34,106 bases of DNA from Dokdonella sp. (GTDB lineage: Bacteria > Pseudomonadota > Gammaproteobacteria > Xanthomonadales > Rhodanobacteraceae). A program made the position numbers and the translations under genes. The stretch lies in NCBI GenBank assembly GCA_036398645.1, contig DASWOS010000068.1, positions 1 to 34,106 on the forward strand. The letters run 5' to 3'. Below the pieces are notes generated by a model, which saw only the letters and a list, made by a program, of their open reading frames with translations, was not told the DNA's origin and did no database searches. Numbering within the stretch: position 1 is the stretch's first letter; each line of letters opens with the position of its first letter. Of the stretch, positions 11,055-20,949 are shown piece by piece.

Positions 11055-12359
11055 CTACACCTTGAGCTGCGCGGCCGGCTGCACGCGGCACGCGCGCCAG
11101 GTCGGATAGAGCCCCGCGAGCACGGCGGACACGATCGCGATCACGATCGTCGTCGCGACCATCGACCAGTCGAGCTGCGCGACGCCCTTGTACTCGACGT
11201 ACAGCGCGCGCACCGCGACCAGCCCGAGGCCGGTCAGCACGAGGCCGAGCACGCCGCCGGAGAGCCCGACCACGCCGGATTCGATCAGGAACTGCGTGAA
11301 CACCTCGCGTCGGCTCGCGCCGAGCGCGCGGCGCAGGCCGATCTCGCCGGACTTGCGCGTGAACTTCGCCAGCAGCAGGCCGACCGTGTTGACCAGGCAG
11401 ACGGCGAGGAACGCGAAGCCGAGACCGGTCTGCACCTGCACGTCGGCCGACACGACCCTCTGATCGCGCATCCATTCGTTGACGTCGAGCAGACGGTTGT
11501 TCAGCGGCCGCTGGAAGCGGCCGAGCTTCTTCTGCTCGTTGACGTAGTCGTCGAGGAACGACTTGTATTCGGCGAGCCGCGCCGGCGAGTCGAGCTGCAC
11601 CCACATCTGGATCCAGACGCAGTCGGACTCGAGGTAGGAGTCCCAGCCGTCGCCGTCGGACTTCCAGCAGCTGTTGTTGCCGGACGCGCGCTGCTTGAGA
11701 TCGATCGCGGTGGCGAACGGAATGAAGAACTCGTCCGGATCGTTGAACGCACCGTTGGTCAGGTCGTAGTACTTCGTGCGCAGCTTCCAGTCGCCGAGCA
11801 CGCCGACCACGCTGTAGTCGATGCCGTCCATGCGCACCGTCCTGCCGACGCTGTCCTGGCCGCCGAACAGCTTCTCGTTGAGCGCGTGGCCGAGCACGAC
11901 GACGCGTGCGTGCTCGCCGTCCTGGCGACGGTCCCAGGCGCCGCCGTGAGCGAACGGCGGATCGAACATGCCGAAGAAATCCGCGTAAGTGGCGCGGCCG
12001 AGCGCGCGGAACGGCTTGACCTCGGGATTCTCCGGCTGGATCGGCAGCACGACCTTGAACATCGCGGTCTGCTTGTCCGCCTTGGCGGCCGCGATCAGCG
12101 CGACCGCGTCGCGGTAGGTCACCTGATCCGGCGGCCGGCCGTCCGGATAGTACGGTTCGTCCGGCGACCAGTTGTCGAGCTGCACGTAGTGCAGCTTGTC
12201 GCTCTTCCACGGGATCGGATCGCTGCCCATCAGATGCATCACGGTCAGCGTCGTCATGCTCGCGGCGATGCCGAGCGCGATGCCGACGACCATCAGCGCG
12301 GTCAGGACCGGGTTGCGCCTGAGGCTGCGCAGGCCGAGTTGCAGGTAGTAGCCGAACAT
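11055..12359 (-). CDS. ABC transporter permease, FtsX/MacB family
   Basis: LRSLRRNPVLTALMVVGIALGIA, EIGLRRALGAS and GLYPTWRACRVQPA motifs. Confidence 0.92.
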   Translation of the reverse strand: MFGYYLQLGLRSLRRNPVLTALMVVGIALGIAASMTTLTVMHLMGSDPIPWKSDKLHYVQLDNWSPDEPYYPDGRPPDQVTYRDAVALIAAAKADKQTAMFKVVLPIQPENPEVKPFRALGRATYADFFGMFDPPFAHGGAWDRRQDGEHARVVVLGHALNEKLFGGQDSVGRTVRMDGIDYSVVGVLGDWKLRTKYYDLTNGAFNDPDEFFIPFATAIDLKQRASGNNSCWKSDGDGWDSYLESDCVWIQMWVQLDSPARLAEYKSFLDDYVNEQKKLGRFQRPLNNRLLDVNEWMRDQRVVSADVQVQTGLGFAFLAVCLVNTVGLLLAKFTRKSGEIGLRRALGASRREVFTQFLIESGVVGLSGGVLGLVLTGLGLVAVRALYVEYKGVAQLDWSMVATTIVIAIVSAVLAGLYPTWRACRVQPAAQLKV

Positions 12360-12379
12360 CGGAAATCCTCGCGGGCGAG

Positions 12380-13090
<711 letters not shown>

Positions 13091-13219
13091 GGCTTCCTCG
13101 GTGCGGCGGTTGCGGCGGCTCGGAGCGGGCCGTCGTTCGATGTTCGATGTTCGGTCGGGTGCTCGGTCGGCCTGAGTTTCGCGACGGCGCGGCCCTCTGG
13201 TGGCGTTCCGACGCCTGCG

Positions 13220-14488
13220 TCAGTTCAGCGCGACGCGCTGCGCGCCGTTGAACTGCTCGGTGCCGGAGACCACGATGCGGTCGCCTTCCTTGACGCCGCC
13301 GACGATCTCGACCGCGTTCAGGCTCGTCGCGCCGATCTGGATCGGCGTGCGCTCGGCGACGCCGTCGCGAACGACGTAGGCGACGCGGCCGCCGCCGGAG
13401 TCGACGAACGGGCCGCGCTCGACGATCAACACGTTCGGATGCTCGTCCATCAAGATGCGCGTAGTCAGGCGCTGGTTCTGGCGCAGGCCGGCCGGCTTGC
13501 GCTCGCCGAAGCGGACGCGGCCGGTGACCTGGCTGTCGACGATCTCCGGCGAGATCGCGCTGACCTCGCCGGGATACCGGCCGTCGCCGTCCTGGATCTC
13601 GGCCGCCATGCCGATGCCGAGGTCGTGCGCGAACACCTCGGGCACCTGCACCTCGATCTCGAACGCGGTCAGATCGACGACGGTCAGCACCGGCGCGTTC
13701 GCGGCGACGTTCGCGCGCTGCTGCACGATCAGCTGGCCGACCTGACCGTCGACCGGAGAGCGCATCTTCAGCTCGTCGACCTGGCGCTCGAGGTCTTCGA
13801 CGAACAGCCGCTGGCGGTCCAGCGCGAGCCGCTTCGTCTTCAGCTCGAACGCGAGGCTCTCGCCCTCGAGCCGGCCGTCCTGCTCGGCGTTGCGCACGTT
13901 CAACTCCGCCTTCGCGAGCGCGTCCTTCGCGCGCAGCACGTCGAGCTCCGGCAGCGCGCCGGCGGTGAACGCCTTCATCGAGCGCTCGACTTCGCGCTGC
14001 GCGGTCTGGCGGTCGATGCGCGCCTGATCCAGCGTCTTCGTCGAGGCGAGCTGCAGCTTGCGGTGATCGATGCCGGCGCGCTCGACGTCGAGCTGCAGGC
14101 TGTCGAGCGTCGCCTGCTCCTGCTTCAGCTTGCTGGCCAGGTCCGGCGATTCGATCTCGGCGAGCACGTCGCCTTTCTTGACCTTGTCGCCGGCGTTCAC
14201 GTCGAGCGTGACCGTGCCGGCATTGCGCGCGTACAGCGTCGGGCTGACCGCGGCGACGACCTTGCCCTGCACGGAGACGTCGCGCGTCAGCGTGCCGCGC
14301 TTGACCTCGGCGATGCGCAGCCGCGCGCTGCTCGCCGACGAGTCGGACGACAGCAGCCGCGCGGCAGCCGGCAGCAGCACGACGCCGGCGGCGATCGCGG
14401 CCACGGCGACGCCGGCCCAGACGAACAGCTTCTTGCGGCTGCGTTGCGCGGCGAACGGACGGTCCTGCGCCGAAGTGTCACGAATCAT
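13220..14488 (-). CDS. Efflux periplasmic adaptor (membrane fusion protein, MacA/HlyD family)
   Basis: MIRDTSAQDR start at 14488, single TM, GDKVKKGDVLA lipoyl half-motif, coiled coil, RSPVDGQV, GVKEGDRIV. Confidence 0.9.
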   Translation of the reverse strand: MIRDTSAQDRPFAAQRSRKKLFVWAGVAVAAIAAGVVLLPAAARLLSSDSSASSARLRIAEVKRGTLTRDVSVQGKVVAAVSPTLYARNAGTVTLDVNAGDKVKKGDVLAEIESPDLASKLKQEQATLDSLQLDVERAGIDHRKLQLASTKTLDQARIDRQTAQREVERSMKAFTAGALPELDVLRAKDALAKAELNVRNAEQDGRLEGESLAFELKTKRLALDRQRLFVEDLERQVDELKMRSPVDGQVGQLIVQQRANVAANAPVLTVVDLTAFEIEVQVPEVFAHDLGIGMAAEIQDGDGRYPGEVSAISPEIVDSQVTGRVRFGERKPAGLRQNQRLTTRILMDEHPNVLIVERGPFVDSGGGRVAYVVRDGVAERTPIQIGATSLNAVEIVGGVKEGDRIVVSGTEQFNGAQRVALN

Positions 14489-14530
14489 GGAGTCTCGAAT
14501 CTCGTGTGTGGGCGTGGCTCGTCGAGCTTC

Positions 14531-14547
14531 AGCAACGAGCGTGCCAG
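14531..14547 (-). promoter_or_regulatory. Sigma-54 (-24/-12) promoter of the ABC exporter operon
   Basis: Minus strand reads CTGGCACGCTCGTTGCT, a perfect TGGCAC-N5-TTGC, about 43 bp upstream of the MFP ATG. Confidence 0.88.
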
Positions 14548-14593
14548 CCGCCGAAACCGCGAATGCATGCGGTTTGTCGGCGCGGCGGCGGAG

Positions 14594-14633
14594 GCGGACA
14601 GTGTCCGCGCCGCGATGCGGACACGTGCGGACA
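14594..14633. promoter_or_regulatory. Candidate upstream activator sequence (4 x GCGGACA boxes)
   Basis: GCGGACA at 14594, 14617 and 14627, and TGTCCGC at 14602, located about 50-85 bp upstream of the -24 element. Confidence 0.6.
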
Positions 14634-14657
14634 TCGGCGCCGCGGCGCGAGAATGCC

Positions 14658-14689
14658 TGCGACGAAATCGCGCGCACGCGCATCCGACC
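14658..14689 (+). promoter_or_regulatory. Putative autoregulatory ECF sigma promoter
   Basis: TGCGAC-N16-GCATCCGACC ending 4 nt before the GTG of the ECF gene; twin of 9323-9354. Confidence 0.7.
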
Positions 14690-14693
14690 GTTC

Positions 14694-15275
14694 GTGAGCG
14701 CCGCCAGCTTCCGCATCGAGGTTCCCGAGACGACGCTCGCGCGTGCGCGCCGCGGCGATCTCGGCGCGCTCGAGCAGATCTACCGGCTGTTCGAACGCCC
14801 GGCGTACACGCTCGCGCTGCGCATGCTCGGCGACGCCGAGGCCGCGCGCGAAACCGTGCACGACGCGATGCTGCGCCTGCTCGAGCGCATCGGTCAGTTC
14901 CGCGGCGACGCGCCGTTCTGGGGCTGGCTGCGCCAGATCGTCGTCAACGAGGCGCTGATGCGCCTGCGCCGCGAGCGCAGCGTCGTGTTCGAGGCGCTGC
15001 CCGACGACGACGGCGCGCCCGGCGCCGGCCCGCCGCCGTGGGCGCTCGCCGACGCGAAGCAGCTCGAGCGCGCGCTGGAACGTCTGCCGGCGCTGACGCG
15101 CAGCGTGCTCTGGCTGTTCCACGTCGAGGAGTACACGCACGAGGAGATCGCCGCGATGACCGGCAAGTCGGTGAGCTTCTCGAAATCGCAGGTCGCGCGC
15201 GGCGCCAGCCGGCTGCGCGCTCTGCTCGAGCCGAACGAGGAGGACGCGCGATGCCTGGCCGCGACGGCGCACTGA
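14694..15275 (+). CDS. ECF (sigma-24-type) RNA polymerase sigma factor
   Basis: ARRGDLGALEQIYRLF, FRGDAPFWGWLRQIVVNEAL (region 2), LFHVEEYTHEEIA...SKSQVARG (region 4); GTG start at 14694 is inferred and has no obvious RBS. Confidence 0.9.
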   Translation: MSAASFRIEVPETTLARARRGDLGALEQIYRLFERPAYTLALRMLGDAEAARETVHDAMLRLLERIGQFRGDAPFWGWLRQIVVNEALMRLRRERSVVFEALPDDDGAPGAGPPPWALADAKQLERALERLPALTRSVLWLFHVEEYTHEEIAAMTGKSVSFSKSQVARGASRLRALLEPNEEDARCLAATAH

Positions 15276-15817
15276 ACCCGAACCCCGAGGCCGCGCTGAG
15301 CGCCGCGCTGCGTGCGCTGCCGGACGCGGCGCCGCAGCCGGACCTGTGGCCGGCGCTCGCACGCGAACTCGCCCCGCCGCGGCGACGCCTGCGCCGCGCG
15401 TTGCCGGCCGCGCTCGCCGCCGGCGTCGCGCTCGCGCTCGCGCTCGCGTACCGCGCCGTGCCGCGCGGCGACGCGCCGGCCGCCGCTGCGCCGGCCGCGA
15501 TCGCGGCCGCGCCGTCGAGCGAGCTCGATCGGCTGCAGTTGCGTTCGCAGGCGCTCGAGCACCGCATCGCCGGCCTCGCGCAGACGCCGCAGGAAGGTCG
15601 CGATCTGATGGCCGCCGTCGAGATCGAGGACCTGATCGGGCTCGTCGACGTGCAGCTCGACGCCGCGCGCGGCGACGACGACGCGCTGCCGCTCTGGCGT
15701 CAGCGGGTCGCGCTGCTCGAGGACCTCGCGACGATCCGCGGCGGCGCGTACGCGCTCGCCGTCGCCGAACCGCGCGACGCCGGCCTCGTGCCGGCCGCAC
15801 CACACCGCATGAACTGA
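15251..15817 (+). CDS. Putative membrane-anchored anti-sigma factor
   Basis: ATG at 15251 with GAGGAGG RBS, overlapping the ECF gene; LRALP..PxxDLWP cytoplasmic segment, one TM, periplasmic helical region ending LWRQRVALLEDL. Confidence 0.7.
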   Translation: MPGRDGALNPNPEAALSAALRALPDAAPQPDLWPALARELAPPRRRLRRALPAALAAGVALALALAYRAVPRGDAPAAAAPAAIAAAPSSELDRLQLRSQALEHRIAGLAQTPQEGRDLMAAVEIEDLIGLVDVQLDAARGDDDALPLWRQRVALLEDLATIRGGAYALAVAEPRDAGLVPAAPHRMN

Positions 15818-15827
15818 GGACCCGCCG

Positions 15828-16988
15828 ATGAACCGTCCGATCCTGCTCGCCGCCGTGCTGACGCTCGCCGCGTCGGCGGTCGCCGTCGCCGACGCCGCGC
15901 CGGCCGACGCGCCGGCGAAGCACGCCGCGCCCGCCGCGCCGCCCGCCGAGGCGAAGGCGCGCGCCGCCGATGCCGACGCCGCACGCGCGGAGCTCGCCGA
16001 CATGCGCGCGCAGATGCGCGAGCTGTCGCGCAAGATGGCCGAGCTCTCGAACCGGCTCGGCGACGTCGGACCCCGCGCGTACGCGTACCGCTACGTCAGC
16101 GACACCGACCGCGCGATGATCGGCGTCGTGCTCGCCGCCGCGGACGTCGACGGCGTGCGCATCAGCGCGGTCACGCCGGACGGTCCGGCCGCACGCGCGG
16201 GACTGCGCGACGGCGACGTCGTCGTCGCCGTCGACGGCCGCCCGCTGAAATCCGCGACGCCGACGCAGACGCTCGCCGAGGCGCGCCGGCGCCTCAGCGG
16301 CCTCAAGGAAGGCGACGCGGTGCGCCTCGCGTATCGCCGCGGCGGCCAGGCGCAGACCGACCTCGTGTTGAAAGCCGCGCGCCGCGAAGCGTGGAACTGG
16401 CCGCGGCTGTTCGACGCGGACGACGACCATTCGCCGCAGCCGGACGACCTCGACGAGCGACTCCGCAGCGCGACCGAACGCGCGAGCGCCGCCGCGAGCG
16501 CCGCCGCGAGCGTGCACCTCGACCACGACCGTCTGCGCGCCGACCTCGAGCGCGCGTTGCACGAGTCGATGCCGTGGTGGGGCCTGAACCTCGCGCCGCT
16601 GAACGCGGATCTCGGCCGCTACTTCGGCACCGACAAGGGTGCGCTGGTCCTCTCGGCCGACGCCGGCGGCCTGCCGGGCCTGCGCAGCGGCGACGTGATC
16701 ACGCGCGTCGCCGAACGACCGGTCGAGCGGCCCGAGGACGCGCTGCGTGCGCTGCGCGACCAGCCGGCCGGCAAGGAGGTCGCGGTGCAGGTGCTGCGCG
16801 AGCGCAAGACGCTCGCGCTGAACGTGAAGGCGCCCGCGTTCAAGTCGATCTTCAGCCTGCCGGCGGCCGCACCGGCGCCGAGCGCGGCTCCGTCGCCGCA
16901 CGCCGCGCCGGCCGCCGCGCCGGCGCCGAAGCCCGCCGCCGCTCCGCATCCGGCCGCCGCTCCGCGCGGCGCCGGCGACGCGGCCTGA
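15828..16988 (+). CDS. Secreted tandem-PDZ protein without protease domain
   Basis: Signal peptide, coiled coil, PDZ1 (VTPDGPAARAGLRDGDVVVAVDG), PDZ2 (GLRSGDVITRV), Pro/Ala-rich tail; no GNSGG trypsin motif. Confidence 0.85.
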   Translation: MNRPILLAAVLTLAASAVAVADAAPADAPAKHAAPAAPPAEAKARAADADAARAELADMRAQMRELSRKMAELSNRLGDVGPRAYAYRYVSDTDRAMIGVVLAAADVDGVRISAVTPDGPAARAGLRDGDVVVAVDGRPLKSATPTQTLAEARRRLSGLKEGDAVRLAYRRGGQAQTDLVLKAARREAWNWPRLFDADDDHSPQPDDLDERLRSATERASAAASAAASVHLDHDRLRADLERALHESMPWWGLNLAPLNADLGRYFGTDKGALVLSADAGGLPGLRSGDVITRVAERPVERPEDALRALRDQPAGKEVAVQVLRERKTLALNVKAPAFKSIFSLPAAAPAPSAAPSPHAAPAAAPAPKPAAAPHPAAAPRGAGDAA

Positions 16989-17010
16989 ACGCGCACGCTC
17001 GATCGTCCGC

Positions 17011-18894
17011 TCAGCCGTCCTCGAGCGCCTGCCAGCGCGCGTACGCGGCGTCGAGCTCCGCCTGCGCGCGCGCGAGCTCCGCGTGCGCGGCCGCGATCGC
17101 GGCGCCGTCGCGACGGAAGAACGCCGGATCCTGCATCGCCGCGCCGAGCTCGGCGACCTGCGCCTCGAGCACCTCGATGCGCGCGGGCAGCGCCTCGAGC
17201 TCGCGCGCCTCGTTGTAGCCGAGCTTGCGCCGCGCGGGCGGCGCCGCCGCACGCTCGCGCGCGGGCTCGTCGCGCACGCGCGACGCCGCCGCCGGCGCGG
17301 CGCCGGCCGCCGCGGATCGGCGCAACCAGTCGCTGTAGCCGCCGACGTACTCGCCGACGCGGCCGCCGCCTTCGAGCACGAGCGTGCCGGTCACGACGTG
17401 GTCGAGGAACTCGCGGTCGTGCGAGACGAGCAGCAGCGTGCCGGGATAGTCCGCGAGCAGCTCCTCGAGCAGCTCGAGCGTGTCGACGTCGAGGTCGTTG
17501 GTCGGCTCGTCCATGACGAGCAGGTTCGACGGCCGCGCGAACAGCTTCGCGAGCAGCAACCGGTTGCGCTCGCCGCCGGACAGCGCCGTGATCGGCGCCC
17601 GCGCGCGCTCCGGCGAGAACAAGAAGTCCTGCAGGTAGCCGAGCGCGTGCTTGCGCGCGCCGCCGACCTCGATGTACTCGGCGCCTTCGGCGACGTTGTC
17701 GAGCGCGCTGCGGTCCTCGCGCAGCGCGGCGCGGTGCTGGTCGAAGTACGCGATCTTGAGGTTCGTGCCGAGCCGCACGCTGCCGCCCTGCGGCGCGAGC
17801 TCGCCGATCAGGAGCTTCAGCAGCGTCGTCTTGCCGGAGCCGTTCGGGCCGATCAGGCCGATGCGGTCGCCGCGCTGGATCGTCGTCGTCAGGCCGTCGA
17901 CGACGCGGCGGTCGCCGTAGCCGAAGCGCAGGTCCTCGACGTCGACGACACGGCGTCCCGACGCGCCGGCCGCGGCCGCACGCAGCGCGGCGCGGCCGGC
18001 CTGCTCGCGCCGCGCGGCGCGCTCGCGCCGCATCGCCTCGAGCGCGCGCACGCGGCCTTCGTTGCGCGTGCGCCGCGCCTTGATGCCCTGCCGGATCCAG
18101 ACCTCCTCGTCGGCGAGCTTGCGGTCGAACAGCGCGTTCGCCTGCGCCTCGGCATGCAGGCGCTCGTCGCGCCGGCGCAGGTATTCCCCGTAGTCGCCGG
18201 GCCAGCTCGTCACGCGGCCGCGGTCGATCTCGACGATGCGCGTCGCCAGCGCGCGCAGGAAGCGGCGATCGTGCGTGACGAAGACGAGGCTGCCCGGGAA
18301 CGCGAGCAACTGCTGCTCGAGCCAGGCGATCGATTCGAGGTCGAGATGATTCGTCGGCTCGTCGAGCAACAGCACGTCCGGCTCGAGCACGAGCGCGCGC
18401 GCGAGCAGCACGCGGCGCTTGAGGCCGCCGGACAGCGCGGCGAACTCGGCGTGCTCGGGCAGATCGAGCCGGGTCAGCACGCGCGTCACGCGCTGTTCGA
18501 GGTTCCAGCCGCCGCCGGCCTCGATGCGCGCCTGCGCGGCCGCGAGCGCGGCCTGCGCGGCCGGCTCGTCGAGCCGCTGCGTCAGGCGATGGAATTCCGC
18601 GATCAGCGCGCCGAGCTCGCCGAGCGCGCCGGCGACGACGTCGAACACGACGCCGGCGACGTCGCCCGGCACCTCCTGCGCGAGCCGTGCGACGCGCACG
18701 CCGCGCTCGACGCGCACCTCGCCGTCGTCGGGCCGCAGCTCGCCGGCGATCAATTTCAGGAGCGTCGACTTGCCGGCGCCGTTGCGGCCGACGATGCAGA
18801 TGCGCTCGGCGCGCCCGATCGCGAGATCGACGCGGTCGAGCAGCAGCGGACCGCCGACCGAGTAGTCGACGCCGACGAGGTTGACGAGGGACAT
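17011..18894 (-). CDS. uup: ABC-F family ATPase Uup
   Basis: Two ABC cassettes (GRNGAGKST, GPNGSGKTT), WIRQGIKARRTRNEGRVRAL linker and C-terminal coiled coil ending YARWQALE. Confidence 0.92.
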   Translation of the reverse strand: MSLVNLVGVDYSVGGPLLLDRVDLAIGRAERICIVGRNGAGKSTLLKLIAGELRPDDGEVRVERGVRVARLAQEVPGDVAGVVFDVVAGALGELGALIAEFHRLTQRLDEPAAQAALAAAQARIEAGGGWNLEQRVTRVLTRLDLPEHAEFAALSGGLKRRVLLARALVLEPDVLLLDEPTNHLDLESIAWLEQQLLAFPGSLVFVTHDRRFLRALATRIVEIDRGRVTSWPGDYGEYLRRRDERLHAEAQANALFDRKLADEEVWIRQGIKARRTRNEGRVRALEAMRRERAARREQAGRAALRAAAAGASGRRVVDVEDLRFGYGDRRVVDGLTTTIQRGDRIGLIGPNGSGKTTLLKLLIGELAPQGGSVRLGTNLKIAYFDQHRAALREDRSALDNVAEGAEYIEVGGARKHALGYLQDFLFSPERARAPITALSGGERNRLLLAKLFARPSNLLVMDEPTNDLDVDTLELLEELLADYPGTLLLVSHDREFLDHVVTGTLVLEGGGRVGEYVGGYSDWLRRSAAAGAAPAAASRVRDEPARERAAAPPARRKLGYNEARELEALPARIEVLEAQVAELGAAMQDPAFFRRDGAAIAAAHAELARAQAELDAAYARWQALEDG

Positions 18895-18942
18895 GGCGGC
18901 GCGCGCAGCGGAGGGCCGCCTATTCTGCCGCGTGCGCCGGCC

Positions 18943-19857
18943 TCAGGACACCGGCTCGCGCCGCGTGCCGAGCCAGACGCCGAGCGCGACGAGCGCGAAA
19001 CCCGGCAGCATCGCCGGCGACAGCCGCTCGCCGAGCACGACGTAGCCCATGACCGCGGTGATCGGCGGCACGAGGTAGAACAGCGCGGCGACCGCGGTCG
19101 CCGCACCGCGGCGCAGCAGCGCGAACAGCAGCCCGAAACCACCGACCGAGTTCACGAACACGAGCCAGCCGAGCGCGCCGGCATAGGCGCGGCTGCCGTC
19201 GACCGCGAACCGGTCGACGAACGCGGCGAGCGGCAGCATCGCGAGCGCGGCAGCCGCGTTCTGCGCGGCGAGGCCGACGCGCAGGTCGACGTTCGACGCG
19301 TGGCGCTTCTGGTACAGCGTGCCGAGGCTTAAGCCGAGCAGGCCGATCAGGCACGCGACGTAGCCGAGCCCGCCGGCCGTGCCGCCGCCGAGGCGGCCTT
19401 CGAGCACGAGCACGACGCCGGCGAAGCCGAGCGCGAGGCCGCACCACTGCCAGCGGCCGAGCCGCTCGCCGAGCAGCGACGCGAACAGCGCGGTCATCAG
19501 CGGCATCGCGCCGATGAACAACGCCGAGATGCCGGTCGACACGCCGAGGCGCAGCCCGGCGTAAATGCCGCCGAACGACACCGCGAGCGAGAGCAGGCCG
19601 ACCACGGCGCTGTGCGAGAGCGCGCGCAGCCCCGGCCACGCCGCGCGCGCCGCGAACGCGAGGACGGCCAACACGACGGTCGCACAGCCGAAGCGCAGGA
19701 ACAGCGTCGCGAACGGACCGCCGTGCGACACCGCGATCTTGCCGGCCGGGTAGCCCGTGCACCAGAGCAGCACGAACGACGTGACCGTCGCGCGCTCGCG
19801 CAGGCGCGCGCCGCGTACGGCGGCGATCCGATCCTCGTCCGTGCGTGCTCCGTCCAT
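18943..19857 (-). CDS. DMT/EamA family transporter
   Basis: C-terminal part of ORF 18943..21234; FVLLWCTGY, two EamA repeats (LLGERL, VLGERL); ATG at 19857. Confidence 0.88.
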   Translation of the reverse strand: MDGARTDEDRIAAVRGARLRERATVTSFVLLWCTGYPAGKIAVSHGGPFATLFLRFGCATVVLAVLAFAARAAWPGLRALSHSAVVGLLSLAVSFGGIYAGLRLGVSTGISALFIGAMPLMTALFASLLGERLGRWQWCGLALGFAGVVLVLEGRLGGGTAGGLGYVACLIGLLGLSLGTLYQKRHASNVDLRVGLAAQNAAAALAMLPLAAFVDRFAVDGSRAYAGALGWLVFVNSVGGFGLLFALLRRGAATAVAALFYLVPPITAVMGYVVLGERLSPAMLPGFALVALGVWLGTRREPVS

Positions 19858-19942
19858 CGTCGCCGTCGTCGATCCGCGCAAGAGAAGCGTCAGCCTACGC
19901 CGGCGTACGGCTGCGATAAACTGAAGCCGGCTCAAGTCATAT

Positions 19943-19957
19943 TTGCACGGTGCGCAA
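19943..19957. promoter_or_regulatory. Putative LysR-type binding box
   Basis: TTGC-N7-GCAA dyad containing T-N11-A, between the divergent DMT and LysR genes. Confidence 0.5.
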
Positions 19958-19959
19958 CG

Positions 19960-20949
19960 ATGGCGGACACGCGCCTCGGCGAGATCGCCGCGTTCGTCGA
20001 GGTCGGCCGCCGGCTCAGCTTCGCGCGCGCCGCCGAGCAGCTGAACCTGCACGTGTCCGCGGTCAGCCGCGCGGTCGCCGCGCTCGAAACCCGGCTCGGC
20101 GTGCGCCTGCTGCAGCGGACGACGCGGCAGGTCGGCCTGACCGAGGCCGGGCGCGCGCACCTCGCGCGCTGCGAGGCCGTGCTCGCCGAGCTGCAGGAGG
20201 CCGAGTCCGCCGCGAGCGCGCACGGCAGCGCCCTGCGCGGCACGCTGCGCGTCAGCGCGCCGAGCGGGCTCGGCCTGACCCACATCACGCCGGCGCTCGC
20301 GGACTTCCTCGCGCGGCACCCGCAGCTCGCGCTCGAGCTGCACCTGTCGAACCGCAACGTCGATCTCGTCGAGGAAGGCTTCGACCTCGCGATCCGCGTC
20401 GGCGCGCTGCGCGACTCGCGGCTCGCCGCGCGCCGGCTCGGCGCCAGCCGCCGCGTGCTCGTCGCGAGCCCGGCCTACCTCGCGCGCTGCGGCGAACCGC
20501 AGCGCCCGACCGAACTCGCCGCGCACGCCTGCCTCGTGCTCGAGGTCGGCACGCTGCCGGAGCGCTGGCAGCTGTCGCGGCGCGGCGCGCGCGTCAGTGT
20601 GCGCGCGAATCCGCGGCTGCGCTCGAACAACGCGCTCGCGCTGCTCGACGCGTGCCGCGCCGGCGCCGGCGTCGCGCTGCTGCCGCAGTTCGTCGCGGCG
20701 GCCGACGTCGCGAATGCGCGGCTCCGTCATCTGCTGCCGGCCTGGGCCGCCGTCGAGCAGGGCGTCTACGCGATCTATCCGGGCAACCGCTTCATCCCGG
20801 CCAAGGTGCGCGCGTTCGTCGACTTCGTCGAGACGCTCCTGCGCCCGCTCGAGCGGCCGACGGGCGCCGCCGGGCCGCCGGCGGCCGCGCGCGTCAGGCC
20901 GCGCGGCGCCGCGCCTCGCCGGCGCGCGCCGCGATCGCCTGTTCGATGA
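19960..20949 (+). CDS. LysR family transcriptional regulator (CrgA-like)
   Basis: SFARAAEQLNLHVSAVSRAVAALETRLGVRLLQRTTR HTH, DLVEEGFDLAIR, PAKVRAFVDF; 3' end overlaps convergent dusA by 56 bp. Confidence 0.93.
   Translation: MADTRLGEIAAFVEVGRRLSFARAAEQLNLHVSAVSRAVAALETRLGVRLLQRTTRQVGLTEAGRAHLARCEAVLAELQEAESAASAHGSALRGTLRVSAPSGLGLTHITPALADFLARHPQLALELHLSNRNVDLVEEGFDLAIRVGALRDSRLAARRLGASRRVLVASPAYLARCGEPQRPTELAAHACLVLEVGTLPERWQLSRRGARVSVRANPRLRSNNALALLDACRAGAGVALLPQFVAAADVANARLRHLLPAWAAVEQGVYAIYPGNRFIPAKVRAFVDFVETLLRPLERPTGAAGPPAAARVRPRGAAPRRRAPRSPVR

Noticed and set aside
13135-13155. GTTCGAT-GTTCGAT-GTTCGGT tandem heptamers in the MFP-ATPase spacer
   Set aside because: Only three short imperfect units; consistent with slippage, not a CRISPR array or functional repeat.
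20894-20949. 56-bp convergent overlap of LysR and dusA
   Set aside because: Low-complexity C-terminal run-on, common in GC-rich genomes; no sign of function.
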